Shown: positions 35,188-44,819, counted from the stretch's first letter. The stretch: DNA of 64,000 nt from Telluria sp. (GCA_049301315.1 JBAQKU010000373.1:3787-67786), one strand, 5' to 3'. Numbers and translations are program-made. The notes: generated from the letters alone by a model not told the origin.

Positions 35188-35559
35188 ATGACGGATACAG
35201 CATCAAAGTTGACGCGCAAGCGACGGCACCTGCGCGTGCCTGTGCTACCCGACGAGGAACAGCAGATCAAGCGCAATGCAGCTGCTGCTGGGAGGTCGGT
35301 TGCCGCGTACTTGCGCAATGTGGGACTGGGCTACGAAGTGCGCGGCATCCTGGACAACCGCCGCGTAGAGGAGTTGGCGCGGATAAATGGCGACCTCGGC
35401 CGACTTGGCGGGCTGTTGAAGCTCTGGCTCACCAACGACACGCGCACCGAGGATTTTGGCGAGGCCACCATACGCGCCCTACTCTCGAAAATCGAGGATA
35501 CCCAAGACAAGATGCACGCAGTCATGCGTGCGGTCATCATCCCTAGGGCCGAACGGTGA
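35188..35559 (+). CDS. traJ: TraJ relaxosome accessory protein
   Basis: 123 aa. ELARINGDLGRLGGLLKLWLTND... is almost identical to the RP4 TraJ core. GGGGAGG precedes the start. Confidence 0.85.
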   Translation: MTDTASKLTRKRRHLRVPVLPDEEQQIKRNAAAAGRSVAAYLRNVGLGYEVRGILDNRRVEELARINGDLGRLGGLLKLWLTNDTRTEDFGEATIRALLSKIEDTQDKMHAVMRAVIIPRAER

Positions 35560-35563
35560 AAAC

Positions 35564-35576
35564 TTTAGCCGCTAAA
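35564..35576. promoter_or_regulatory. KorB operator (OB) TTTAGCCGCTAAA
   Basis: Second perfect copy of the 13-bp OB palindrome, in the 34-nt traJ-traI spacer. Confidence 0.75.
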
Positions 35577-35593
35577 ATTTCTGGAGTGAGGTC

Positions 35594-38116
35594 ATGATCG
35601 CCAAGCATGTACCCATGACCTCCGCGACGAAAAGCAATTTTTCCGGCCTTGTGGAATACCTCACGGCTCCGAACGGAAAGCACGAGCGTGTCGGAGTTGT
35701 CAGCGTCACTAACTGCGAAACCGACCAGGCAGAGATTGCAATACTCGAAGTGTTGAATATCCAGGCACAAAACATGCGATCTGCGGCCGACAAGACCTAC
35801 CACCTGATTGTGAGCTTCCGCCCAGGCGAACTGCCTGACGAGGCCGTCCTTCAAGCAATTGAGGAGCGCATCTGTGCTGGTCTTGGATTCAGCGGCCACC
35901 AGCGCATTCGTGTCGTACACCACGACACCGACAACCTGCACATGCACATCGCCATCAACAAGATCCATCCCGAGCGCTACACCATTCATGAGCCGTTCAA
36001 CGCGTATCACACACTCGGCCAGCTTTGCGACAAATTGGAAAATGAATACGGACTCGAAAAAGACAACCATAAGGCAGCGAGGGTCGGAAGCGAGAACCGG
36101 GCCGCCGACATGGAACGGCACGCCCATGTCGAAAGTCTTCTTGGCTGGATCAAGCGCGAATGCAAGGACCATATTCAAGGCGCACAGTCATGGGCTGAAA
36201 TGCATGAAGTCATGCGCGAGCATGGCCTGACAATGCACGAGAGAGCAAACGGCCTGGTCATCACGGCGGAAAACGGCGTGAGCGTAAAAGCCAGTTCAGT
36301 TGGCCGTGAATTCTCCAAGGGCAAACTGGAAGAACGCCTGGGCGCGTTTGTGTCGCAAGTCAAGCCGACAACGAACAGCCACGCACGCAAACATTACGAC
36401 AAGCGGCCGATGCTTTCGCGCGTAAATACCGTTGAGTTGCATGGGCGATACAAACTCGCTCAGGCAGAAACCGGAAGCACACGCGCCATCGAGTGGGCCA
36501 AGGCCGTCGCCCGCAAGAACAGACTGATCGAGGACGCAAAGCGTAACGGCCGATTGAAACGTGCGGCGATCAAGCTGGTGCAGGCGCCGGCCATCGGCAA
36601 GAAACTCACGTATGCGGCGACAAGCACTGTGCTACGCGACGACATCGCCGCGATTAACAGGCAATATCGAAAAGAGCGCCAGGAGATCTACGAGAAATAT
36701 CGGCGCCGCGTCTGGGCAGACTGGCTGCGCAGCGAGGCGATGGCGGGCGACAAGGAAGCATTGGAGGCGTTGCGCGCTCGGGAAATTCCAACTGGCCTCG
36801 TGGGCAATACCGTGGGTGGGCATCGGGGCCCGGTGGGAACCGGCAGTCCCGGGCCGCGGCACGACAGCATCACAAAGAAGGGCACGATCATCTATCGATT
36901 TGGCGCGAGCGCTGTGCGCGACGATGGACATAAGCTCAAAGTTTCGCGCGACGCCGACCAGGTCGGCCTGCAGGCCGCGCTGCGCATGGCGATGGAGCGT
37001 TACGGCAGCTGCCTGGCCGTCAATGGAACAACGGAATTCAAGAAACAAATCGTTCGGGCGGCGGCAGCAGCCAATCTTTCCGTCAGCTTCGACGATGCCG
37101 CGCTGGAGCGTCGTCGTCAACAGCTGACTTACTCACCAACGACAAAGGAGAACAAGCATGGACGCGAAAGCAGAAACGACGGAAAAATTGTCGGACGACG
37201 ATCTGATCACAAGCGCCATGGAGGCGCTGCACAAGCCGCCGCCAGCCGCGCCGCCGCACGCGACGATGCGGCCGTCCCCGTCAAGCACCCTGCCCGACAT
37301 GCCAACGGCGACAAGTCCCACGCTCGAAGCGCTGGACCCAAATCGCCGACCCAAATTCGCAACGGCATGCGAGGGCTGTCCGAACTCGGTGTGGTTCACG
37401 TCGCCCACGGAAGTGAAGTGCTATTGCCGGGTCATGTACCTGGTCACATGGAGCGTCAAGGAACCAAACCAGATCACGGCTTGCGACGGGGTCTTCGTGG
37501 GGCAGGACGACTGAAAGCGCACAGTACGGTTCAATCTGGGAGCACAGGCTCAAAGCCGACATCTCTGAGCATCGCAGCAAGCGACAACGCACGCAGCCCG
37601 ACGCGCCCGGCAAGCGCAGGCAACAAACCGACGGTGGGTCGCGCCGGCTCGGCACCTCCGCCGGAAGGTCAGGATCGCTTGCGGCGTCTGTCACAGCTCG
37701 GTGCAGTCGTGATTGATGTGTCGGGCAGCGATACGGTGTCAACCGCCCCATTCCCAACGACGACCGCACCGACAACACGCACGCTCATCGCACCGCTTGA
37801 AAATGTCCGCTTGGAAGTGAAAACAACCGCAATTGCAGCAGCCGAGAAATACGTCATTGAGCGAGAGCAAAAGAGGCGCATTGGGTTCGATATACCGAAG
37901 CACAAACGATTTACATTTACTGATGACGTGGCAGCTGGCTACTCGGGTACGCGCCTTATCGACGGACAGGCTCTCGCCCTGCTCAAGGTCGGCGACGAGG
38001 TCATGGTTCTTCCGGTAGACGATGCGACGGCGCGACGCCTCAAGCGCTTGCCACTCGGCAGACCAGTGGAAGTGAGCGCCACAGGCGCCATCAAGTCGAA
38101 AGGACGGAGCAGATGA
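35594..38116 (+). CDS. traI: TraI relaxase (MOBP family)
   Basis: 840 aa. It has MIAKHVPM..., ADKTYHLIVSFRPGE and VVHHDTDNLHMHIAINKIHP (the HxDxxxHxH three-His motif), as in RP4 TraI. Confidence 0.95.
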   Translation: MIAKHVPMTSATKSNFSGLVEYLTAPNGKHERVGVVSVTNCETDQAEIAILEVLNIQAQNMRSAADKTYHLIVSFRPGELPDEAVLQAIEERICAGLGFSGHQRIRVVHHDTDNLHMHIAINKIHPERYTIHEPFNAYHTLGQLCDKLENEYGLEKDNHKAARVGSENRAADMERHAHVESLLGWIKRECKDHIQGAQSWAEMHEVMREHGLTMHERANGLVITAENGVSVKASSVGREFSKGKLEERLGAFVSQVKPTTNSHARKHYDKRPMLSRVNTVELHGRYKLAQAETGSTRAIEWAKAVARKNRLIEDAKRNGRLKRAAIKLVQAPAIGKKLTYAATSTVLRDDIAAINRQYRKERQEIYEKYRRRVWADWLRSEAMAGDKEALEALRAREIPTGLVGNTVGGHRGPVGTGSPGPRHDSITKKGTIIYRFGASAVRDDGHKLKVSRDADQVGLQAALRMAMERYGSCLAVNGTTEFKKQIVRAAAAANLSVSFDDAALERRRQQLTYSPTTKENKHGRESRNDGKIVGRRSDHKRHGGAAQAAASRAAARDDAAVPVKHPARHANGDKSHARSAGPKSPTQIRNGMRGLSELGVVHVAHGSEVLLPGHVPGHMERQGTKPDHGLRRGLRGAGRLKAHSTVQSGSTGSKPTSLSIAASDNARSPTRPASAGNKPTVGRAGSAPPPEGQDRLRRLSQLGAVVIDVSGSDTVSTAPFPTTTAPTTRTLIAPLENVRLEVKTTAIAAAEKYVIEREQKRRIGFDIPKHKRFTFTDDVAAGYSGTRLIDGQALALLKVGDEVMVLPVDDATARRLKRLPLGRPVEVSATGAIKSKGRSR
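37158..37514 (+). CDS. traH: TraH-like protein encoded inside traI in another frame
   Basis: 118-aa ORF with its own AAGGAG 7 nt upstream of the ATG. The C-terminal Cys-rich string is CEGCPNSVWFTSPTEVKCYCRVMYLVTW. RP4 has a nested traH of similar size at this place. Confidence 0.6.
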   Translation: MDAKAETTEKLSDDDLITSAMEALHKPPPAAPPHATMRPSPSSTLPDMPTATSPTLEALDPNRRPKFATACEGCPNSVWFTSPTEVKCYCRVMYLVTWSVKEPNQITACDGVFVGQDD

Positions 38117-40092
38117 AAGACCGTTTCAACAACGCAGTAGGCCCGCAAGTGCGCACCAAGACGCCGGGGTCCAGCAAGATCATACCCGCCCTTGCTACTT
38201 TGGCGTTGGGGGGCGGGTTGCAAGCGGCCACCCAGTTCTTCGCGCACGACATGCGCTACCAAACGGCGCTGGGCACCAACATCCACCAAGTGTACCCGCC
38301 ATGGGGCATCGTCCTGTGGGCCGGCAAGTGGTACCAGGAGTACCCGGACGCCATTATGCGCGCCGGTGGCGTCGGCATCTGCGTGGCCGGCATCGGTCTG
38401 ATCGGCCTCGTGGTCGCGAAGATGATAATGGCGAACACTTCCAAGGTGAATGAGTATCTGCACGGGTCCGCACGCTGGGCCAACAAGAAGGATATCCAGG
38501 ATTCTGGTCTGCTGCCGCGTGCGCGCAAGTGGCACGAAATCATGCGCCGCGTCCGGCCAAGCGGGAACAGCGGCGTCTACGTCGGCGCGTGGGTGGATAA
38601 GAACGGGAAAGTGCACTACTTGCGCCACAATGGCCCGGAGCACGTTCTGACCTATGCGCCGACACGTTCCGGCAAGGGCCTTGGCCTGGTGCTGCCGACC
38701 TTATTGTCCTGGCCCGCGAGCGCCGTCATAACCGACCTGAAAGGCGAGCTGTGGGCCATGACGGCCGGCTGGCGGCAGAAGCACGCGAACAACAAGGTGC
38801 TGCGCTTCGAGCCGGCCGATCCAAACTGCGACGTATTCTGGAATGCGCTGGACGAGTGCCGCATCGGCACCGGCAATGAAGTGGGCGATGTGCAGAACCT
38901 GGCGACCCTGCTGGTCGACCCGGATGGTAAAGGGCTTGAAACCCACTGGCAAAAGACCGGCCAAGCCTTGCTGGTCGGGGTCATCCTGCACGCACTCTAC
39001 AAGCGCAAGAACGAGGGTTCGCCGGCCTCGCTGCCATACGTCGATCACCTGCTGGCCGACCCGAACCGCAGCGTGGCCGAGCTGTGGATGGAAATGGCGA
39101 CCTACGGCCACGTCAACGGCCAGAACCATCCAGTCGTCGGTGCCGCTGCGCGCGACATGATGGACCGGCCGGAAGAAGAAGCGGGTTCGGTCTTGTCCAC
39201 CGCGAAGTCCTACCTGGCCCTTTACCGCGATCCGGTCGTGGCGCGCAACGTCAGTTCGTGCAACTTCCGCATCAAGGACCTGATGAACCACGACCAGCCG
39301 GTCAGCCTGTATATCGTCACCCAGCCGAACGACAAGGCGCGACTGCGCCCGCTGGTGCGGATCATGATCAATACGGTCGTTCGTCTGCTGGCCGACAAGA
39401 TTGAGTTCGAGCGCGTTGTAGCCGACATGCCATGGTGGCGCCGGTTGTTGGTCAAGGCAGGCTTCGACCAAGCCGCTACCTCCTACGTGCGCTCAAAGAA
39501 GAATTACAAGCACAGGCTGCTGGGCATGATCGACGAATTTCCCAGCCTCGGCAAACTGGAAATTCTGCAGGAGTCGCTGGCCTTCGTCGCCGGCTATGGA
39601 ATCAAGTTTTACCTGATCTGCCAGGATATCAACCAGCTCAAGAGCCGGGAAACCGGCTACGGACCGGACGAGACAATCACCTCGAATTGCCACGTCCAGA
39701 ACGCATTCCCACCCAACCGGCTCGAGACGGCCGAGCACCTGTCCAAACTTACCGGCACAACCACCGTGGCGAAAGAGCAGATCACCACTAGCGGGCGACG
39801 CACCAGCGCCTTGCTCGGACAGGTCTCCCGCACCATCCAAGAGGTGCAGCGCCCGCTGCTGACCCCGGACGAATGCCTTCGGATGCCAGGGCCGAAGAAG
39901 GACGGCGAAATGATCGTCGAGCCAGGCGACATGGTGGTCTATGTCGCCGGCTTCCCGGCGATCTACGGCCGCCAGCCGCTTTACTTCCAGGACAAGACGT
40001 TCGCCGCACGCGCCGCCGTCCCCGAACCGAGAGGCAGCGACAAGCTGCGCATCATTAATGCTGCGCCTGCGAACGAAGGAATCAGGATATGA
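38113..40092 (+). CDS. traG: TraG type IV coupling protein (VirD4 family)
   Basis: 659 aa with N-terminal TM segments. It has Walker A YAPTRSGKGLGLVLP and IDEFPSLGKL (Walker B). An ATGA overlap joins it to traI. Confidence 0.95.
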   Translation: MKDRFNNAVGPQVRTKTPGSSKIIPALATLALGGGLQAATQFFAHDMRYQTALGTNIHQVYPPWGIVLWAGKWYQEYPDAIMRAGGVGICVAGIGLIGLVVAKMIMANTSKVNEYLHGSARWANKKDIQDSGLLPRARKWHEIMRRVRPSGNSGVYVGAWVDKNGKVHYLRHNGPEHVLTYAPTRSGKGLGLVLPTLLSWPASAVITDLKGELWAMTAGWRQKHANNKVLRFEPADPNCDVFWNALDECRIGTGNEVGDVQNLATLLVDPDGKGLETHWQKTGQALLVGVILHALYKRKNEGSPASLPYVDHLLADPNRSVAELWMEMATYGHVNGQNHPVVGAAARDMMDRPEEEAGSVLSTAKSYLALYRDPVVARNVSSCNFRIKDLMNHDQPVSLYIVTQPNDKARLRPLVRIMINTVVRLLADKIEFERVVADMPWWRRLLVKAGFDQAATSYVRSKKNYKHRLLGMIDEFPSLGKLEILQESLAFVAGYGIKFYLICQDINQLKSRETGYGPDETITSNCHVQNAFPPNRLETAEHLSKLTGTTTVAKEQITTSGRRTSALLGQVSRTIQEVQRPLLTPDECLRMPGPKKDGEMIVEPGDMVVYVAGFPAIYGRQPLYFQDKTFAARAAVPEPRGSDKLRIINAAPANEGIRI

Positions 40093-40625
40093 AGCGCATT
40101 CTGAAGAAAATCACCGCTGCCACGGCGATTGCCGGCGGTGGCATCATCGCCCTCGGCCTGGCTTGTTACGCTATCGGCGCGCGCGTCAATACGAGCAAGA
40201 GCATTCCGGTCGGCCTGTATTGGACCAGCGACAAGCCGGCCGAGAAAGGCGACTACGTGCTGTTTTGTCCGCCGCAGGTCGGCGTCATCGCCGAGGCGAA
40301 GCGACGCGGCTACCTGGCTTCCGGTTTCTGTCCCGGCGACTACGGCTACATGATGAAGAAGATTCTAGCGGCGAAGAACGACACCGTGTCGATCACCGAT
40401 GCAGGCGTCAGCGTGAATGGTGCACTGCTGCCGCTCAGTGTACCGCTCACGCTCGACCGGGCAGACCGGCCGCTGCCGCGCTTTCAGTCCGCCAATTTCA
40501 TCGTCGGCAATTCAGAGGTGCTGCTCATGTCGGACGTGAGCGCAACGTCTTTCGATGGCCGCTATTTCGGCCCAGTCAATCGTTCTCAAATCAAGACCGT
40601 CATCGTGCCGGTCATCATCTGGTAG
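40089..40625 (+). CDS. traF: TraF, signal-peptidase-like pilin maturation protease
   Basis: 178 aa with an ATGA overlap with traG. It has an N-terminal TM segment and an S26-like core (NTSKSIPVGLYW, SFDGRYFGPV). Confidence 0.8.
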   Translation: MKRILKKITAATAIAGGGIIALGLACYAIGARVNTSKSIPVGLYWTSDKPAEKGDYVLFCPPQVGVIAEAKRRGYLASGFCPGDYGYMMKKILAAKNDTVSITDAGVSVNGALLPLSVPLTLDRADRPLPRFQSANFIVGNSEVLLMSDVSATSFDGRYFGPVNRSQIKTVIVPVIIW

Positions 40626-40731
40626 GAGGTGCGTAACTGATATGCAAATAGACCCGCATCGACAGCAAGGGCAAGCCCGGCCACCACCACAACGGCACCG
40701 CCGCACCTAATTCACATTCAAGGAGAACAAC

Positions 40732-41010
40732 GTGAACCATTCGACCGCTACGATTATTCCAATCACCCCCGAGGCCCGCACCGACGACGCGATGCAAGAA
40801 GCCATCGCCGTCGATTACGGCGCTCTGGCGCCCGACTCGGTGCACGAAAAACTGGCCGACGCACTCACGCCCGGCTATCAAGCCGAGTTCGACCCGGCCG
40901 AAGCTGAAGCTGCCGGCGCGTTTGCAGAGGATGCGCTGTCCGAGGCTGACGCCCTCGCCAGCACGCACGACTCCGTGCAATTCCCGGTCATCCGTCCGAT
41001 GAAATCGTAA
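40732..41010 (+). CDS. Small, strongly acidic hypothetical protein
   Basis: 92 aa. The GTG start follows AGGAG at 6-nt spacing. The protein is very rich in D/E/A with very few basic residues. Confidence 0.45.
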   Translation: MNHSTATIIPITPEARTDDAMQEAIAVDYGALAPDSVHEKLADALTPGYQAEFDPAEAEAAGAFAEDALSEADALASTHDSVQFPVIRPMKS

Positions 41011-41034
41011 CCGCCTATCCAGGAGGGACACGAA

Positions 41035-44000
41035 ATGAACAGCGATAAAATGCCGTTCCACGAAACCGTCGCGGAAAAGCTGATCAAGCAGCTAAGGGAA
41101 GGCACGGCACCATGGCAGAAACCGTGGGAACCGGGCGAGGCCGGCGCGGTCATGCCGCTCAATCCCACCACCGGCAAGCGCTACAAGGGCATCAACGCCC
41201 TGCAGCTCATGAGTGAAGGCCACGAGGATCAGCGCTGGATGACCTACAAGCAGGCTGCTGCAATCGATGCCCAAGTACGCAAGGGCGAGCGAGGCACACA
41301 AATCCAGTATTGGAAATTCACCGAGGAACAGGCAAAGACGGACGCCAGCGGAAAACCGATCCTCGATGGCAGGGGTGCCCCTATCAAGGAGTCGGTCAAG
41401 CTGGAACGCCCGAGGGTCTTCTTCGCCACAGTGTTCAACGCCGAGCAGATCGATGGCCTGCCGCCATTGGCGCCGCGCAAGGAGCAATCCTGGAGCGCGG
41501 TTGTGCGCGCCGAGCAGATCCTGCAGGCATCCGGCGCCGTTATCCGCAACGGCGAACACGACCGGGCATTCTACCGGCCGACGACCGACAGCATCCACCT
41601 GCCGGAGAAAAGCCGCTTCCCGACCGCCGACAACTACTACGCAACGGCATTGCACGAGCTGGGCCACTGGACGGGCCATGAGACGCGACTTGACCGCGAT
41701 CTGGTGCACCCGTTCGGCAGCGAGGGCTACGCCAAGGAGGAACTACGCGCCGAAATCGCCAGCATGATCCTTGGCGACGAGCTCGGCATCGGGCACGATC
41801 CCGAGCAGCATGCCGCCTACGTCGGTTCCTGGATCAAGGCGCTGGAGGACGATCCGTTGGAGATTTTCAGGGCCGCCGCTGACGCCGAGAAGATTCAGGA
41901 CTACGTGCTGGGCCTGGAACAGATGCAAGTGCAGGAGCTCGCAAAGGCGGAACTGCAGGCGGTTTCGGCGCACCCTCCGGCATTCATCGATATAAACGGA
42001 CAATTACGGGCTTGGACGACTGCCGACCACTTGTCTGAGGATTGGCAAGGCATCGTCAGGCATGCGGATGCGTTCTGGTTTGCCGGGCACGATGCCGGAG
42101 CCCGAATCTTCACCCGATTGGAGGCAACGACAATCGGCGAAGCGGAAGCAGCCGTAGAAAAAGGCGTGGGCGTCGAAGTATTGCAAGAGCACAGAGACAA
42201 TGTCGAGGAGGTCACAATGAATATGACAGAAAGGTTCGTCGCAGTTCCTGAACCGTCGGAAGCCCACCGAACGCTCCAGGAACAAGCTGAGAAGTGGACG
42301 CTTGCGCGCATTGTGCAAGGGACAATTGCGCGCGCCCTCGACCACGCCAGCCATGCGCAGATCAACCGCATGCAAGAGGTGCTGGCAACGATGGAACCGC
42401 TGAACACACAAAACCCGTTCTGGCAGCGCCACGAGCTGCCGTGGGACTTGGAGCCGCTTCAGGCGCGGATCGACGCAGCCCACATGCTGGCCGAGCTGCG
42501 ACAGGCCGACGCACCCGTGGTGGCTGCCCGACTTGGTATGCTCACCGGTCAGGCCTTCGGGCCTGGGCGAGGCGGTGACGGCGAGGCCTTCGACCAGGTG
42601 GTCGACGGAGCGCTGGGCCTCGTGCTGCCGCACGACTGGAATGGCCGTGTACAGGTGCAAGGCAACGTCGTTGAAGAAGTCGATGGCAAGATCATTGTGA
42701 CCCCGGCACTGGCGAAAGGGGTGGAACCGCAGACGTGGGCCGTCTACGCCCAGCATGCCGATGGCACTTACCAATGGCTTTCCGACCTCCCGAGCGAGCT
42801 GCGAGCCGAGCAACTTGCCGAGCGCCTGGCGCTGATCGACGCCCACTCGACCATCAGCGAGCACGAGAAGGCGGCCAAGCTGGCCCGCATCAACGAGGAA
42901 CGCGTGCGGCGCGACCCGAACAGCACCGACGAGGACATAACGGCCGCCAAGGAGGCGCGCAAGGATGCCGAATTCGCGGCCACAACGAACGACGATGATC
43001 TGCAGCGGCGCATCGAGTTCGAGGAGCGTGAACGGGCGCAACTGGCGACGGCACAGGGTTCCGCGATGGCAGACGGCCAGAAGACGACAAGGATGCTGAT
43101 CGACGTGCCCTACAAGCAAAAGGACGAGGCGAAGGCGCTGGGCGCGAAGTGGGACCGCCAGGATCAGTCCTGGTACGTGCCCGCCGGCGCCGATGTCACC
43201 CCTTTTGCAAGATGGGTCCAGGGATCTGCCATAACGGCTGCTGACGAGGCGCAGCCGGCATCCGTGACCGCAGACAGCCAGCCGACTCCCGAGCGCACCG
43301 AGGTCTGCCAATACCTGGCCGTGCCCTATAGCGAACGCGCGGCGGCCAAGGCGGCCGGCGCCGAATGGGACAAGGCGGCCAAGTCCTGGTACGCAGGTCC
43401 GAATTCCGACATGACCAAGCTGGAGCAATGGAAACCGGAGAACGTGGCGGTGCAACAGGGGCCGGCGATGACGCCCAGGGAGGAATTTGCCGATGCGCTC
43501 AAGTCGGTCGGCTGCGTCATCAGCGGCGACCACCCTGTCATGGACGGCACGAAGCATCGCATCTCAGTCGAGGGCGAGAAGTTCACCAAGAACTCGGGTT
43601 CCGGATTCTACGTTGGCCATCTGGACGGACACCCGGCCGGCTACATCAAGAACAACAAGACAGGCGTTGACCTGACTTGGAAATCCAAGGGCTACACACT
43701 CGATCCGGAACAGAAGGCACTGATGGCGGCCGAGGCAGCAGCTAAGCTGCAGCAGCGCGACGCCGATCTGTCCAAGCGGCAGGACCAGGCTGCAAAGCGC
43801 GTAGTCAAGCAGATGGACAAGCTGGTGCCGGTCCTGCAGCCCACGTTGTACATGCTGGCCAAGGGCATCGCGCCGGAAGCTGGCGCGTTCACGGACAAAG
43901 ATGGCAAGAAGACCTACCTGCCGGCGATCGACGTGACCGGCAAGCAGTGGTCCATGCAGTACATTCAGGAAAACGGGGCCAAACGCTTCGCCAAGGACAG

Positions 44001-44658
44001 CAAGAAGGAAGGCTGCTTCCATGTCATTGGCGGAATGGACGAACTGGCCAAGGCGCCGGCCATCGTCATAAGCGAAGGCTACGCCACGGCGGCCAGTCTG
44101 AAACGCTCATTGGACTATGCGACGGTTTCTGCCTTCGACTCGGGAAATCTGGCACTTGTCGCCCAGGCGTTGCACCGGAAATTCCCGGACAAGCCAATCG
44201 TGATTGCCGGCGACGACGACAGGCACCTCGAAGTCGTCCAGGGCGTAAACCCTGGACGCTCGAAGGCCGAAGAAGCGGCCAAACTGGTCGGCGGCAAGGT
44301 GCTGCTGCCGGTCTTCGTTCCCGGCGAGAACAGCTACCCGGCCAGCCTTGATCCAGTAACACCAAAAAAATACCGCGAACATCAGAAGAACGGCAGCTCG
44401 TTAAGCGACGAGCAACTGGCGGCCCTCGGTCGAATGAAGCAATACACCGACTTCAATGACCTCGCAACCAGGAGCACGCTTGGCCAGGATGGGGTTGACC
44501 GACAAGTGAGGTCAGTGGTGAACTCCATGATCGAGAAACATGGTCAGGCGCAGGCAACGCAGCAGGAGTGTGGTCGGAGCCAAGTGCATGATGCCGTTGG
44601 TATGCATGCCGCTCAAAACGAGGAACCGAAGCGTCGTCGAGCTGTTACGGCAGTATAA
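41035..44658 (+). CDS. traC: ArdC-like (ssDNA-binding + HExxH metalloprotease) domain fused to TraC-type TOPRIM primase
   Basis: 1207 aa. The N-terminus has PWQKPW...YKGINALQL and HELGHWTGH. A WY motif is duplicated (KALGAKWDRQDQSWYVP / KAAGAEWDKAAKSWYAG). The C-terminus has VISEGYATAASL and IVIAGDDDRH (TOPRIM). Confidence 0.85.
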   Translation: MNSDKMPFHETVAEKLIKQLREGTAPWQKPWEPGEAGAVMPLNPTTGKRYKGINALQLMSEGHEDQRWMTYKQAAAIDAQVRKGERGTQIQYWKFTEEQAKTDASGKPILDGRGAPIKESVKLERPRVFFATVFNAEQIDGLPPLAPRKEQSWSAVVRAEQILQASGAVIRNGEHDRAFYRPTTDSIHLPEKSRFPTADNYYATALHELGHWTGHETRLDRDLVHPFGSEGYAKEELRAEIASMILGDELGIGHDPEQHAAYVGSWIKALEDDPLEIFRAAADAEKIQDYVLGLEQMQVQELAKAELQAVSAHPPAFIDINGQLRAWTTADHLSEDWQGIVRHADAFWFAGHDAGARIFTRLEATTIGEAEAAVEKGVGVEVLQEHRDNVEEVTMNMTERFVAVPEPSEAHRTLQEQAEKWTLARIVQGTIARALDHASHAQINRMQEVLATMEPLNTQNPFWQRHELPWDLEPLQARIDAAHMLAELRQADAPVVAARLGMLTGQAFGPGRGGDGEAFDQVVDGALGLVLPHDWNGRVQVQGNVVEEVDGKIIVTPALAKGVEPQTWAVYAQHADGTYQWLSDLPSELRAEQLAERLALIDAHSTISEHEKAAKLARINEERVRRDPNSTDEDITAAKEARKDAEFAATTNDDDLQRRIEFEERERAQLATAQGSAMADGQKTTRMLIDVPYKQKDEAKALGAKWDRQDQSWYVPAGADVTPFARWVQGSAITAADEAQPASVTADSQPTPERTEVCQYLAVPYSERAAAKAAGAEWDKAAKSWYAGPNSDMTKLEQWKPENVAVQQGPAMTPREEFADALKSVGCVISGDHPVMDGTKHRISVEGEKFTKNSGSGFYVGHLDGHPAGYIKNNKTGVDLTWKSKGYTLDPEQKALMAAEAAAKLQQRDADLSKRQDQAAKRVVKQMDKLVPVLQPTLYMLAKGIAPEAGAFTDKDGKKTYLPAIDVTGKQWSMQYIQENGAKRFAKDSKKEGCFHVIGGMDELAKAPAIVISEGYATAASLKRSLDYATVSAFDSGNLALVAQALHRKFPDKPIVIAGDDDRHLEVVQGVNPGRSKAEEAAKLVGGKVLLPVFVPGENSYPASLDPVTPKKYREHQKNGSSLSDEQLAALGRMKQYTDFNDLATRSTLGQDGVDRQVRSVVNSMIEKHGQAQATQQECGRSQVHDAVGMHAAQNEEPKRRRAVTAV

Positions 44659-44788
44659 TTTCCGACCGGGCGATTCCTGATCAAGCTCGAATCACATATC
44701 GGGGAGAGCGAAAAGTACACCATAATTGAAAAACCGTGTGTCGTTAGTTTGAGTCGGCCCCGTACCATCACGAACACACCTTACCAAG

Positions 44789-44819
44789 CGCCAACCCACG
44801 CAGGTTGGCGTTTTTGTTT
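44789..44819 (+). terminator. Rho-independent terminator after traC
   Basis: CGCCAACC-cacgca-GGTTGGCG followed by TTTTTGTTT. Confidence 0.65.

Noticed and set aside
35543-39471. Several 150-260-aa minus-strand ORFs (35543..36178, 36632..37120, 37281..37778, 37939..38643, 38701..39471)
   Set aside because: All are antisense to traI/traG and have shadow-ORF composition. Only the plus-strand nested traH-like ORF has an RBS and a plausible sequence.
42004-43557. 517-aa minus-strand ORF
   Set aside because: It is antisense to the ArdC/primase gene, has Arg/Gly/Leu-rich junk composition, and has no start context.
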